Source of the DNA: Octopus sinensis
Lineage: Eukaryota
Assembly (NCBI RefSeq): GCF_006345805.1
Contig: NC_043017.1
Coordinates: 25,916,001 to 25,980,000, forward strand
DNA: 64,000 nucleotides
Direction: 5' to 3'
Shown here: piece by piece, positions 1 through 11,467 of the stretch
Layout of the letters: each line of letters opens with the position of its first letter
Position numbering within the stretch: the stretch's first letter is position 1
Notes under the pieces: model-generated
What the model saw: the letters and a program-made list of their open reading frames with translations, nothing else
Told to the model about the DNA's origin: nothing
The model's database searches: none
Translations under genes and position numbers: made by a program

Positions 1-9
1 ATATATATA

Positions 10-53
<44 letters not shown>

Positions 54-62
54 GTATTAATA

Positions 63-235
63 TAATACAGTTCTATTTTTAAGAGATAAGGAATTATCTA
101 CGTTATTTACATTTGACAGATATTTGTCCTCATTTTGTTTGTTGTCAACACACCATTTCGGCTGATATACCCTCCAGCCTTCATCAGATTCTTGGGGAAA
201 TTTCGAACGTGGGTTCTCATTCCTAAGGTACTTTA
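63..235 (-). mobile_element. Short Penelope-pLTR-like element carrying a degenerate hammerhead motif
   Basis: Sits next to (TA)n. Minus strand reads CTGATGA-A-GGCTG(gagggtatat)CAGCC-GAAA at about 147-192. Association of minimal hammerheads with Penelope-like elements is established; the family assignment is inference. Confidence 0.55.
147..192 (-). ncRNA. Degenerate type I hammerhead ribozyme motif
   Basis: CUGAUGA, a perfect 5-bp stem II and GAAA are intact. Stem III and the cleavage side are mutated (GAAATGGT), so it is probably inactive. Confidence 0.5.
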
Positions 236-237
236 TA

Positions 238-356
238 TATACGACAGACCTCTTTCTGTTTCCGTCTACCAAATCCACTGCCCAAGATGCCACGCAGTGG
301 GACTGAACCCGAAACCATGTGGCTGGTAAGCAAGCTACCTTCCACACAGCCACACA
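238..356 (-). mobile_element. SINE family A, 5' half, internally deleted
   Basis: Matches other A copies (ttccgtctaccaaatccact...gggactgaacccg...ccacacagcc). Confidence 0.85.
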
Positions 357-360
357 TTCG

Positions 361-393
<33 letters not shown>

Positions 394-414
394 ATGTGTG
401 TGTGTGTGTGTGTG

Positions 415-590
415 TGTTTGTGGTTGTCGTCCACTGACATTTGTCGTCCTCTGTAACTTAGCGATTTGGTAAAAGAAACGGATGAAAAGAATTACTGGGT
501 TCCATTCCTTTGACTAAAAGTTTTCAAGGCGGTGCCCCAGCAAGGCCGCAATATATTGACAAAATGGAGTAAATGATAAAACATAAAAGA
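415..590 (+). mobile_element. SINE family A, 3' half, diverged
   Basis: gtaacttagcg...aaggcggtgccccagcaaggccgca...aaaaga tail. Confidence 0.7.
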
Positions 591-1714
591 TATAAACAAA
601 AATATACTCGCACACACATGTATATATACGCGTATAAATATTCGATACAAATGTGCGTGTGTGTATATGTGTGAGTGCATGTATGAATACATAGATAATA
701 TAAATATGTACATATATACACAATGTAGAGAGGTAGAATTTTTAAAGATAGATAGGTAGATGTATGCAAATATATTAGTAGCTTAATAGATAGACAGATA
801 TGTACAGATGTACAGATGTACAGACACACACTTATGTGTAGAATCAGAGAAGATTTTAGTGATGGCTGAGTTTGAAAATTTGTTAAATAAATAACTGAAA
901 TTCACAGCTTACATAAGCAGTCGTTGGCGTCAGAGTTGCTTAATATGCAAAAACACTGTGGACAGTGAAAGAGAAATCGTCTAGACGACGCCTTTTCTAT
1001 TTCATTGAACAGCGACAACAATGAAATACCCTACATTTCATAGCCATTAAGAAATAGTGTTTCAAGGTATTGTTGTTACGCTTATATAACTAAATCGTGT
1101 AGCGCGATTTAAACAATGAATACATACAAATAGGTTGTTAATTCCGTTACGCAAATTACTTGTTAGCCGTGTTTAGTTCTCATACCAAACGTAGTTATGT
1201 AGCATTCGATTTGTAAAGACGGTTGCTAAATGAGAAACGGCGTCATACTGCAACGGAAATATCTAAGTCTTTATAAATCGCATTGGCTAAGCGTAAAATT
1301 TCAAGACTGCTTTTATTTTTGGTTATTCTAATTTCCATAAACACAATATGTTGGCCAGAAGAATTTCGCATATTCTCAAACTCAAATACTAATGCCGAAA
1401 CTCTATTAAATGAAAATAGTCCAGCAAACGATGGCATTGATGATATCACTTCTGATAGTTCATATATGCTTATATATACACTTGTCTATATGTGTATGTA
1501 TAAATACATATATATTTTGTGGTGTTCCTGTGGTTGTTGCTCCTATTGCCTCCCCTTGGGTAAAAAAGTGTATACAGCTCATTGGAGCACTTCTATTTCC
1601 AGTCCGTTGTATATCTTGACTGTTGTTGTCACTCAAGATATAACTTTATATTTTGTATGTATACATATACACAAAAACATTTATACAGATATACAGGGGA
1701 ATGCTGAAAATTAT

Positions 1715-1880
1715 ATACTTTATGGGTATTGCCAAAGTGCTCGTTCGAGGGCTAACATTTCGGAGTTCTTTTACAGGGCTTAGACACCTGTGTGAATCTG
1801 AGAGGGGAATATGTTGAATAAAATTATAATAAAGTGATCCTCTTGCATTAGCCTTTACCCAAAGCCAAGAATATTTCAGC
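1715..1880 (+). mobile_element. Mariner-derived MITE fragment (3' end of a mariner)
   Basis: 1789-1821 translates CVNLRGEYVE*, a mariner transposase C-terminus, followed by a TIR-like end. Homologous in reverse orientation to the MITE at 14019-14269. Confidence 0.75.
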
Positions 1881-1958
1881 AACCACCACCTTTATGTTTA
1901 GGCCCCTGTGGGAAATAAAGAAATAAATATATTCTGTCCCCTGTACTACGAAAGCACC

Positions 1959-2100
1959 GAACTGGCTGAATCATTAGCACGCCGGTCAAAATAATTAGCG
2001 ATATGTCGTCGACCTTACTTTCTGAGTTCAAATAGCGCCAAGGTTAACTTTACCTTTTATCCTTTCCGGGTTGATGAAAATAATTACCAGTTGAGCGCTG
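1959..2100 (+). mobile_element. SINE family B, diverged
   Basis: gaactggctgaatcattagcacgccgg...ttctgagttcaaat...ctttatcctttccgggttgat matches 39245-39466. Confidence 0.75.
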
Positions 2101-2355
2101 TTAATTTCTCCCAAAACTGATGTCTTTCTGCAAAACTTTGAAAGAGAGAAAGGGATGGGAATTATAAAGAAGATGGTGGCGTGTGTGGTGGCGATAGACT
2201 TGTTATGATGTTTATGTATAAATATGTCGGGCTGAATACACATTTAACACAGACAAGAACACAAGTACAAGAAATTGTTTAAGAGTCACCTAATATGTTT
2301 TGTGCGGCTTTCAGTAAGTAACCGCTCTAAATTTTCAGCTAAATGTCGTGCTCCG

Positions 2356-2400
2356 GCATGGCCGCAGTCAAATGACTGAAACAAGTAAAAGAGTAAAAGA

Positions 2401-2447
<47 letters not shown>

Positions 2448-2649
2448 GAGAGAGAGAGAGAGAAATACAGTGAGAGAGACAGATAAAGGAATAAATATAT
2501 GTATATATGTATGTATATACCATACATATATATATTTGCCTGCTCGCTTAGCCAGCGGGGTGGCATCATTCGAAGGCTAAAACAATGCGAACGCATTGTG
2601 ACCAGCGATGTGTAGCAACATCTGATGGTCTGGTCGGTCACGTGATCAA
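2356..2649 (+). repeat. Composite block copy 1: SINE A tail + (TA)n + (GA)n + short repeat D (2538-2649)
   Basis: Same order and same linker (aaaggaataaatatatgtatatatgtat) as 3508-3791. Confidence 0.85.
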
Positions 2650-3151
2650 GTTTTATATATATGTTAGATGTATAAAAGGATGGTGGTTTTAATTATAGAA
2701 AAATTCAACAATGCATATGCATTATAGGCAAAATATTTCTTGAGTCAAATGGAACTCATTCCTGACAAATTATAGTTTCGGTGTTGAATGTTTGTTAAGT
2801 TTTAACTGAACAACCGTTGCACTTTGCAACCTCTTCTGATGTATGCGTCATTATTTGTATGACATAAATGTCTTGATGAGAGACGGAATTACTTGAAAGG
2901 TTAATGGATTAATGGATTTAGGAAATTTACTGTTACACACTCAACATAAAGCACAAATAATGAGATCTGAAAAATCCATTATAGAAATGTTTAGACTTGA
3001 ACTTAATATTGTGTAAATGTTCTGTAATGGAAAGCTGTTTCCGACATACCACACACAGACGCTCCTGTGCTCAACACATACATACATTCATATGTAATTC
3101 TATGTATACGTGCCTATCTATATTTATAGAGAGAGATTTAATATACATACA

Positions 3152-3547
3152 GGGGGAGGAGTGGTAAGTAGCTTGTTTACCAATCACATGATTGCGGGTT
3201 CAGTCCCACTGCATGGCACCTTGGGCAAGTGACTTCTACTACAGCCTCGGGATGACCATAACCTTGTGGGTGGATTTGGTAGACGGAAACTGAAAGAAGC
3301 CTGTCGTATATATGTATGTATTGTGTGTGTGTGTTTGTGTGTCTGTATCTGTCCCCTCAACATCGCTTGACAATCGATGCTGGTGTGTTTATGTCCCCGT
3401 AACTTAGCAGTTCTGCAATAGAGACCGATAGACCAAGTACTACGCTTACAAAGTACTACGCTTACAAAGTCCTGAGGTCGATTTGCTCGACAAAAGCTAG
3501 CGCTCTAGCATGGCCGCAGGCAAATGACTGAAACAAGTAAAAGAGTA
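3152..3547 (+). mobile_element. SINE family A, near full length (tRNA head + CORE-like block + microsatellite + tail)
   Basis: ggtaagtagcttg...gggttcagtcccactgc...ggcaccttgggcaagtg...gaaacaagtaaaagagt. The accttgggcaagt block resembles the CORE-SINE core (possibly octopus OR2; from memory). Confidence 0.9.
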
Positions 3548-3556
3548 TATATATAT

Positions 3557-3599
<43 letters not shown>

Positions 3600-3611
3600 T
3601 AAATATATGTA

Positions 3612-3679
<68 letters not shown>

Positions 3680-3791
3680 CCTGCTCGCTTAGTCAGCGGG
3701 GTGGCGTCATTCGAAGGCTAAAACCAATGCGAACGCATTGTGACCAGCGATGTGTAGCAACATCTGATGGTCTGGTCGGTCACGTGATCAA
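3508..3791 (+). repeat. Composite block copy 2 (see 2356-2649)
   Basis: Near-identical repeat D (gcctgctcgcttag.cagcggggtggc...ggtcacgtgatcaa) with the same junctions. Confidence 0.85.
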
Positions 3792-3792
3792 T

Positions 3793-3837
<45 letters not shown>

Positions 3838-5193
3838 ATGGTATATACATACATATATACATATATTTATTCCTCCCTCTCTCTCTCTCTCTCTCTCTCT
3901 CGTATATATATATACGAAACCACTGACAACCGAAAACATATATACACTAGCATTCATAGTTCAATGCAATTATTAGAGTATCGTTTATTGTTCATATCGT
4001 ATATGAATAATTTAATACACGTCATCTTGGTAGATGTTCTAAAATAAAATTCTAACATAGTAAACGAAATGAATAATAAATTACATTTTTTTTCTTTGCG
4101 TCTGAACGTGAAGGATACATAAAGATTGTCAACCGTAGGTAGCTTGTTTTATCGCTCAAGAGGAGAAAAACAGACTAAACACGACTAGGACAGTTTACAT
4201 AAAAAAAAATACGACATACAAATATTCTAAACAAACAAGAATTGCTTCAAGATATATCTATATACCAAAAATATAATAAGACTTATAAATAATATACAAA
4301 GAATTAATTAGAGTTCAAACTAGAAAATAATAATAACAACTGTTACTTCAAGAATTGAAAAAAAGATAACAGGAAATAATGAACAACAATCAGAGTAAAC
4401 AAACTAATAATTAGAACATTAAAAACACTGCAGAAACAACATGATCAACAAATAAAATTATTATAAGAGTAACAAAAAAGATGAATAAATGTTGAATAAA
4501 TCTACCTGAAGAAATAAACTTGCTAACAAAATAAATTGGTATTATGGTTTTTTTAATATAGAAAACTGAATGATTTTGGTTTGTATCTTGTCTTTAAAAC
4601 TACTGTTATTAAGAATCCCTTGTTCTCTTTCTTTGATAAAATTCTTTTTTGTTCATTTTGAGGTTTGAAGGAGTGAATGACTGTCTAGTTAACGTCATAA
4701 TTATTTATGAAATTTATGAGAAAATATATTGATAATTATTGTTACAATGTTTTCTAAGCCTAGTTTTACTTATGTAATTTGTTTTTTTACAAAAAAGTGT
4801 ATGCGAGACGACATTGGATGCAAACATATAACAAACCGTGTTAAAATAGTAATTCAAACAGTGATAAACAAATAATAGTTTTGAACTTTTAGGACATCGT
4901 TTAGTGTCTCTTATATTCAAACACTTATATTTACGTATTTATGTCTGTGACGCCAATAAAACAGGATTGCAGTTAAAGGAAGAGGTGTATAACCAAAGAA
5001 ATATCATGGCAATAAAGAGAAATGATAGGATGTATAGTGTTAGGAGGTCTCAGACAGTCTGAGACCAGAGAGGTAATGAAGTCCATAGAGTCATATAACC
5101 ATACACACAAAGATACGAGAACCACGGAGAAAGATAATAATTTCTTTTCGAATTGATGATGTCATTTTGTAAAGATATAGTTATGTATAAGGT

Positions 5194-5576
5194 GGAGGCG
5201 CAATGGCCCAGTGGTTAGGGCAGCGGACTCGCGGTCATAGGATCGCGGTTTCGATTCCCAGACCGGGCGTTGTGAGTGTTTATTGAGCGAAAACACCTAA
5301 AGCTCCACGAGGCTCCGGCAGGGGATGGTGGTGATCCCTGCTGTACTCTTTCACCACAACTTTCTCTCACTCTTACTTCCTGTTTCTGTTGTACCTGTAT
5401 TTCAAAGGGCCGGCCTTGTCACTCTCTGTGTCCCTCTGAATATCCCCGAGAACTACGTTAAGGGTACACGTGTCTGTGGAGTGCTCAGCCACTTACACGT
5501 TAATTTCACGAGCAGGCTGTTCCGTTCATTCGGATCAACCGGAACCCTCGTCGTCGTTAGCGACGGAGTGCTTCCA
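5194..5576 (+). mobile_element. SINE family C, full length, with target-site duplication
   Basis: A box tggcccagtgg, B-box-like ggtttcgattccc, tRNA-Arg-like head. Near-identical to 19546-19929 and 42322-42704. TSD agttatgtata(a)ggt at 5179-5193 and 5581-5594. Confidence 0.93.
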
Positions 5577-5587
5577 TTCCAGTTATG

Positions 5588-6453
5588 TATAGGTGGTCTG
5601 ATCAATTAGTATTCGGACTGTTAGTATATTAGCGAAGTTAAAGAATGGAGAGCAAGGCCGCTTGGCACAAATTGACCTTCAACTCTGCTGTTCATGCGCA
5701 CTAAGTGTTAACGTTCTACCACACTTCCTCTGTTTACAACAGTACTTGGAATGAAGATGTGCAGTGTGTGGTTCTCGCATTGACGATGACAGAGAAAGTT
5801 AAGCAGGTAATCTTCTTCCAAATTTTGCCAAAATCTTGGCAAATAACTGCTCAGAGGCCTACACAAAGTCCTCAAAATATTTTCATCTTTCTCGAGATAA
5901 TCAAGGGGATCTTTCGCAACTGAAACCTCAGTGTCGTTTTGGTCAGCTGAAAGCAGTTTTGGCACAAGCTTGGTAGACATGACTCTCATACCCAAATCTT
6001 CAGTGATAATGGAGTGAACTGAACCGTAAGTAATCTGCTTATCATCTGATAACGCACGGATGGTGAATCGACAATTTCCCCTCACAGCTGCAAGCACATT
6101 TGCGATGTTGCCCACTATCGTATATTTTCGGCCATCTCAAAAACGTCTTAACCGCTTGTGCACTTGCGTGAGACTCATACACTCTTCTCCATAAACTTTT
6201 CGCAACTTTGCGTTGGCCTATGACCAGGTATATCCAGGGCAATTTTCTCTGTCATAGGCAATGCGATGAACACACGCTACGCCCATTCCTTCCAAGCACA
6301 GTTGTAGATAGCGGAAGTGAGCTAGACTATAAAACCTTAATGCGCATGTACAGCAGAGTTCACAACCAATCTGAACCATGCGGCTTCGTTCGGCGTGCTT
6401 TAGGTTCGTTATTATGGCAACAGTCCAGATATTTATTCTTCCAACTCCATATA
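5588..6453. mobile_element. Mariner remnant made of two diverged 5' ends in inverted orientation
   Basis: Minus-strand peptides AKLRKVYGEECMSLTQVHKRL and EDLGMRVMSTKLVPKLLSADQ (mariner HTH/linker). Plus arm has MTEKVKQ from 5786. 5588-5800 aligns to the reverse complement of 6240-6453, with TIR-like ends at TA. Confidence 0.85.
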
Positions 6454-6926
6454 TGAATAATTATGTTTATTTTTCGTCTTTCAGTCGTTCATTTGATAAT
6501 GTTTTCAAGATCACTCTCTTATAGAACGTGTTTTAATGTCCGGAAACATGTTGAACTGTGTAATGCATGTCGGAAAGGAAATTAGCTGTTTCTTGCAATA
6601 AATACACCTTAAGCATATTTTTTCACGGATACTTAAAATACTATGCTGAATCCTCAATATACTATTTTTCACATGGGGTTCCCAAAATGCCTTAAATGCA
6701 CCACCAGTTGCGAACAGTTGTTTGGAATAGAGTTTCTATACAATGTAGCAGTAGATAATTAATATTGCTGTTACTATTTTTTCTTCACTGACTGATAGAT
6801 AAACATACATATACACACACACACAAACACACAAACATACACACACCACACCCACACACACACACCCATACACACATATATATATATATAATATAATATG
6901 TATATATATTATATAATATGTATATA

Positions 6927-7227
6927 CAAAGTGAGATAGGGGTTATCAGTGTAACCCACTATGGGATATCAGTTATCCAATATAGTGCATATTTTTAACT
7001 GCATATTACCTCAATACATCTGCCTAATATAGGCAGAATGAGATACCTTTATCTACAGGCTGAAACAGCTGTAAGATCCATTTTATGGTATTATCTTACA
7101 TATTGATGTATATTGTTTTATTTTGTTGGATTTGGATGTTCCTATTTATGTAGTTAATAAACAATATGAATTGGTAATATCTGTAGTCGATGATTGAAAT
7201 GAATCTGTTCCTCCATTTTCTTATTTG
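6927..7227 (+). mobile_element. Unclassified twin-hairpin element, copy 1
   Basis: Head (gagataggggtt...aaccc..atgggata.....tatccaatata) and tail (ctccattttcttatttgt) are homologous to 57175-57428 and 63421-63968. Flanked by (TA)n. Confidence 0.7.
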
Positions 7228-7229
7228 TG

Positions 7230-7267
<38 letters not shown>

Positions 7268-7309
7268 ATATATATATATAATATATATAATATATATATA
7301 ATATTATAT

Positions 7310-7372
<63 letters not shown>

Positions 7373-7440
7373 GTATATATATATATATATCTATATATAT
7401 ATATATGTGTGTGTATGTGTGTGTGCGAGTTTGTGTGTAC
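7221..7440. repeat. (TA)n-derived and (TG)n microsatellite
   Basis: Seen directly. Confidence 0.95.
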
Positions 7441-8244
7441 GTTTGTGTGCCCCCCATTTCGTAAATGTATGGGAAGGAGTTATAATGTGTAGTTTGTTCA
7501 TACTCAATTCTTAATTTAATTAGATAGTCAAGATATGTACATTGATAATATCTTAAAACTGCCCGTTTTTCTGTGAATCACATCGTTTCGCTTTAATTAT
7601 ATTATTTATTTATTTCTATCATATCTTTCACCTGGCTCCTGACTGACTGGAAGTATCTGAAATTACCAATTTAATTTCCGACGTTCGCTTGTATCACAAG
7701 CAATAACTACATCTTGACGTTGATGTACTCCATCAAACGAACACATATCCAGCTAAAGATATTGCCTTTTACTTAATCGCTTTAACTCTTTGCATTAGCA
7801 GGGAAAATCTCACTGTAACATCTTAAATGAGATAAGAAAGATTAGATAACTGTAATCCTCTATAAGACTTAAAAAACAAGAGCTAGATATAATAACGGAT
7901 AAAATGCTTTTAATCATACAACTGTTCATTCAAAGTTGAGCGTTTAATGAAAGCAAGTAGAGCGACAGCAAAATTGATTGTAATGAAACATTATACAACT
8001 TCGGAGACTTTACCTAAATGCTTCATCTTCTTACAAATAAATGTCAAACCTCATTCATGCCATAGAGAACACATCTAAGATGAGGAAATGACGTAATATA
8101 TAATGGAAGGATAAGATGTCTAACGTTAATTGACGTGGTTGACATGCGCTTAATTCTAATCAGTATAATCACACTTTGCTCAAATATAAACAACTATTAA
8201 ATTAACGAGCATACATTTACATAGGAAGCAACGAAGCATTAACT

Positions 8245-8479
8245 AGGCGCAGGCGCGGGTAGATGGTAAGAAGGTTTTTTTCCCAATCATGGGGTTGCCG
8301 GTCGGTCCTCTTGGGCAAATGTCATCTATTCTAGCCTCGGGGCCACCGAAGGTTTCTAAGTGAATTTATCAGACGGAAGCTGAAAGAAGCTTTCTATATA
8401 TATATGTTATATTATATAGATCTATATATATATATAGATATATATATATATATATATCTATATATATACAAATTTATAC

Positions 8480-8528
<49 letters not shown>

Positions 8529-8775
8529 TATCTATAATGTGTGTGTGTGTCTGTGTGTGTCTGTTTGTGTTGTGTCTGTGTGTGTGTCTGTGTGTCACTA
8601 ACGACCGCCATGGCTACCGGTGTTGGCGTGACTAACAGAGTGGTTCGGGCAGCAGAAAACAATAGGATATGTACCGGGCTTAAAATGTACTGGGATCGAT
8701 TCATTCGACTAAATTTCTGCAAGGCGGTGCTCCTGCTTGGCCGCAAGCTATTCAGTAAATCAGTATACGATAAAA
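8245..8775 (+). mobile_element. Old SINE family A copy with expanded internal (TA)n/(TG)n
   Basis: Head ggcgcagg...cagacggaagctgaaagaagc at 8245-8395, tail ...aaggcggtgctcctgcttggccgca at 8590-8775. Confidence 0.7.
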
Positions 8776-8974
8776 TTTAACCTACAGGAACTAGTAGCAA
8801 AATCTACCTGAGACCAATGCTTTCCAATTAAAAGAAATATCACTGTGAATTAATTATTGGTCTATTTATTTAATTGCATAGATCTACTCAAAGATATAAG
8901 ACCATGATTTTCGCCCACAGCTCTGCACCAGACTGGGTGTTTTACTCTTATAAGACGGAGAAAAGATGCCAGTA

Positions 8975-9036
8975 GGCGCCTATAGGACTCGAACACATAC
9001 ACTTCAGATTCAGGCTGAGCACTCTGCCATTAACCT
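8975..9036 (-). other. tRNA-like fragment (SINE head or tRNA pseudogene)
   Basis: Minus strand tggcagagtg (A-box-like) ... gttcgagtcc (B box). No complete cloverleaf. Confidence 0.35.
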
Positions 9037-9069
9037 AAAAGGTCTGCTGAAAAGAATTAGCGTCAAGTT

Positions 9070-9165
9070 TAATGATAAATAATCCTTTCTACTAAAGGCA
9101 CCGGTCCTGAAAATTGACCCTGAAAGGCTGACGGGTAAAGTCGACCACGGCGGAATTTGAAAACA
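9070..9165 (-). mobile_element. SINE family B fragment
   Basis: atcctttctact...gaaagg...aaagtcgaccacggcggaatttgaa. Confidence 0.7.
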
Positions 9166-9204
9166 GTATATACAGAACTAGTTTTTAAAAATAGAATGGC
9201 TAAT

Positions 9205-9735
9205 GGGCATCCACGGAAATAAAACAGTAATCAAAGGAGTCCATAAGTACACAAAAATAGTTGAGGATCATCCCGTATCCGAAAAGTGCCATTCATTAGA
9301 ATCTAAAAAATGACATTTTTCGGATGCTGCAAATACATCAGGATGGTTGGATATTCTGTAGCATCTGTTTGCCGTGGTTCTGAATCTAAACTTTTTCAAT
9401 CACACTTATTTGGTTCATTGTTTAGATAGGGCTTCTCAACCAATATTTTTTGCCTATGGACTCCGTTGATTTCTATTTTACTTCTGTGGACCCCATACCC
9501 GTTCGATGTTTAAAAAATACTACTGTATTTTTATAATGAAATATTATTAGGACTTGTATAAAATATTTTGTGCATTGTGAATGAATAACAAGTTTATTGG
9601 ACATAAAATTTACTGGTCTAAGGCACAATGATTTCATAGTCCCTGAAAAATTAACCATGTTCCATCCAATGTAGTCTATTACATCCGTGGAGCCCCCAAC
9701 TTCTTATATGGACTCCAAATGAGAACATTTAGTTT
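9205..9735. mobile_element. hAT-like MITE (about 9427-9735) plus an inverted partial copy (9205-9273)
   Basis: Ends cttctcaacc... and ...ggactccaaatgagaac resemble CAGTGGTTCTCAAC-type hAT termini. 9205-9273 is a diverged reverse complement of 9429-9494. Confidence 0.45.
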
Positions 9736-10309
9736 ACACTGACACCCTAATGTGTCATGTCTGAAATCGGGAAGAGACCTCTCCGAATTCTTTGATGTAT
9801 TGCATCATCACTTTATATGTTTGTTTGAATATTTATTGCCGCGCATGAGTTGATCTGATGTGCCAGATGCTTCGTTTGATAAAATCAAGAATAGGATCAC
9901 TGAGAAAGCCTTCTAATGAGTAGTGGTCGTAAATAAATAAGAAAAAAGAAAAACGAAAGAAAGGTGTACTAAATGTTTCAACGTGTCTAATAGTTAGAAT
10001 TCGATTTTGCTTCACAGTTGTCGCTGAAATTCATGATTTAACGGCGTAAATGATTTTAAGTGTGAGGCATTCTGTTCATGTTCATCTAACAACTGTTTAA
10101 TCATGGAGATTGTACAAACATCAGACATAATACGTGCAATTAATGTAGTGATATATGTTATTAAAAATGAGAAAATGGCCTACCAATGACAGACATAAAA
10201 TATCGAATACTTAACTCTGTTTACCATCATAAAAAATGGTATATAAAATGTAACATAAAATATGATGCAAAATTAGAGAATATTTACGCTAGTAGGTATA
10301 ACAGAAATA

Positions 10310-10327
10310 CTATGTATATATATACGT

Positions 10328-10372
<45 letters not shown>

Positions 10373-10507
10373 CTAGACGTTATCTATATATATACGTATA
10401 TTATATATATATATACACATATATATATATATAATATATATATATATATATAATATATTATATATATACAATATATATATAATACTATATATATATACAT
10501 ATATACT

Positions 10508-10550
<43 letters not shown>

Positions 10551-10560
10551 TATATAGTAT
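10310..10560. repeat. Degenerate (TA)n tract
   Basis: Seen directly. Confidence 0.95.
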
Positions 10561-10953
10561 ACGTTTGTCTATCTTTCTAACCATGCTGCATCAATGGAGA
10601 AAGAGAGAGCGAGAGGAGAGAGACGGACATATATACATACAGAGAGATATAGAATGACATACATAGATATTAAAAAAACGATAAACATATACATAGAGAG
10701 ATTTACTACATAAATACAATTAAGCTGACCTTATCGATATTTACAAATTAAAAAAAAAAAACAGAAAAGAAATTATTTCTTTCCCGAATCGTTCTATGTT
10801 TTTTGATATTTTTTTTTTTTTTAGTGCCATTCAGTCTAGACAATCATAATGACAGTATAGAAATGTCTATGTCAGATGCAATTCTTTTACTACGAAATGT
10901 CTCATGAGAAATTCTCTTCATTATAACGTTATAAGTTATATAAGAGTAAGTAT

Positions 10954-11009
<56 letters not shown>

Positions 11010-11141
11010 ATTGTGTTGTATCGCCTTATAGAAATCATTCTCAGGTATAGAATATTGGATGACGATTACATAAAAAAGTAACACGTTCTCATCATAATGA
11101 TACACGGACTAGAGTCACAGTGTATATGTGTATATATATAT

Positions 11142-11175
<34 letters not shown>

Positions 11176-11428
11176 GTATAGATAGATATACATATACATA
11201 CGTTCATATATACACACACACACATATATATGTACATATCCATATATATATGCATATATATAGATTTATATACACATATAAGTATATATATATGTGCATG
11301 CATTACATATGTATATATGCCTATCTATACACAACACACACAAACATATATTATATTATATATATATTTATATTAATATAAAATAAATATACATTATATT
11401 CCAAACATATATATGTATATATACTTAT

Positions 11429-11467
<39 letters not shown>

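Noticed and set aside
1605-1645. Small hairpin tatatcttga...tcaagatata
   Set aside because: Stem too short for a pre-miRNA, single copy, plausible by chance in AT-rich DNA.
1283-1783. 166-aa ORF with a signal-peptide-like start (TTG)
   Set aside because: Non-ATG start, crosses a TA/TG tract and ends in a mariner MITE; no recognisable domain or splice support.
5194-5270. tRNA gene-like A and B boxes (also in SINE A and B heads)
   Set aside because: These are heads of multi-copy SINEs with no proper cloverleaf.
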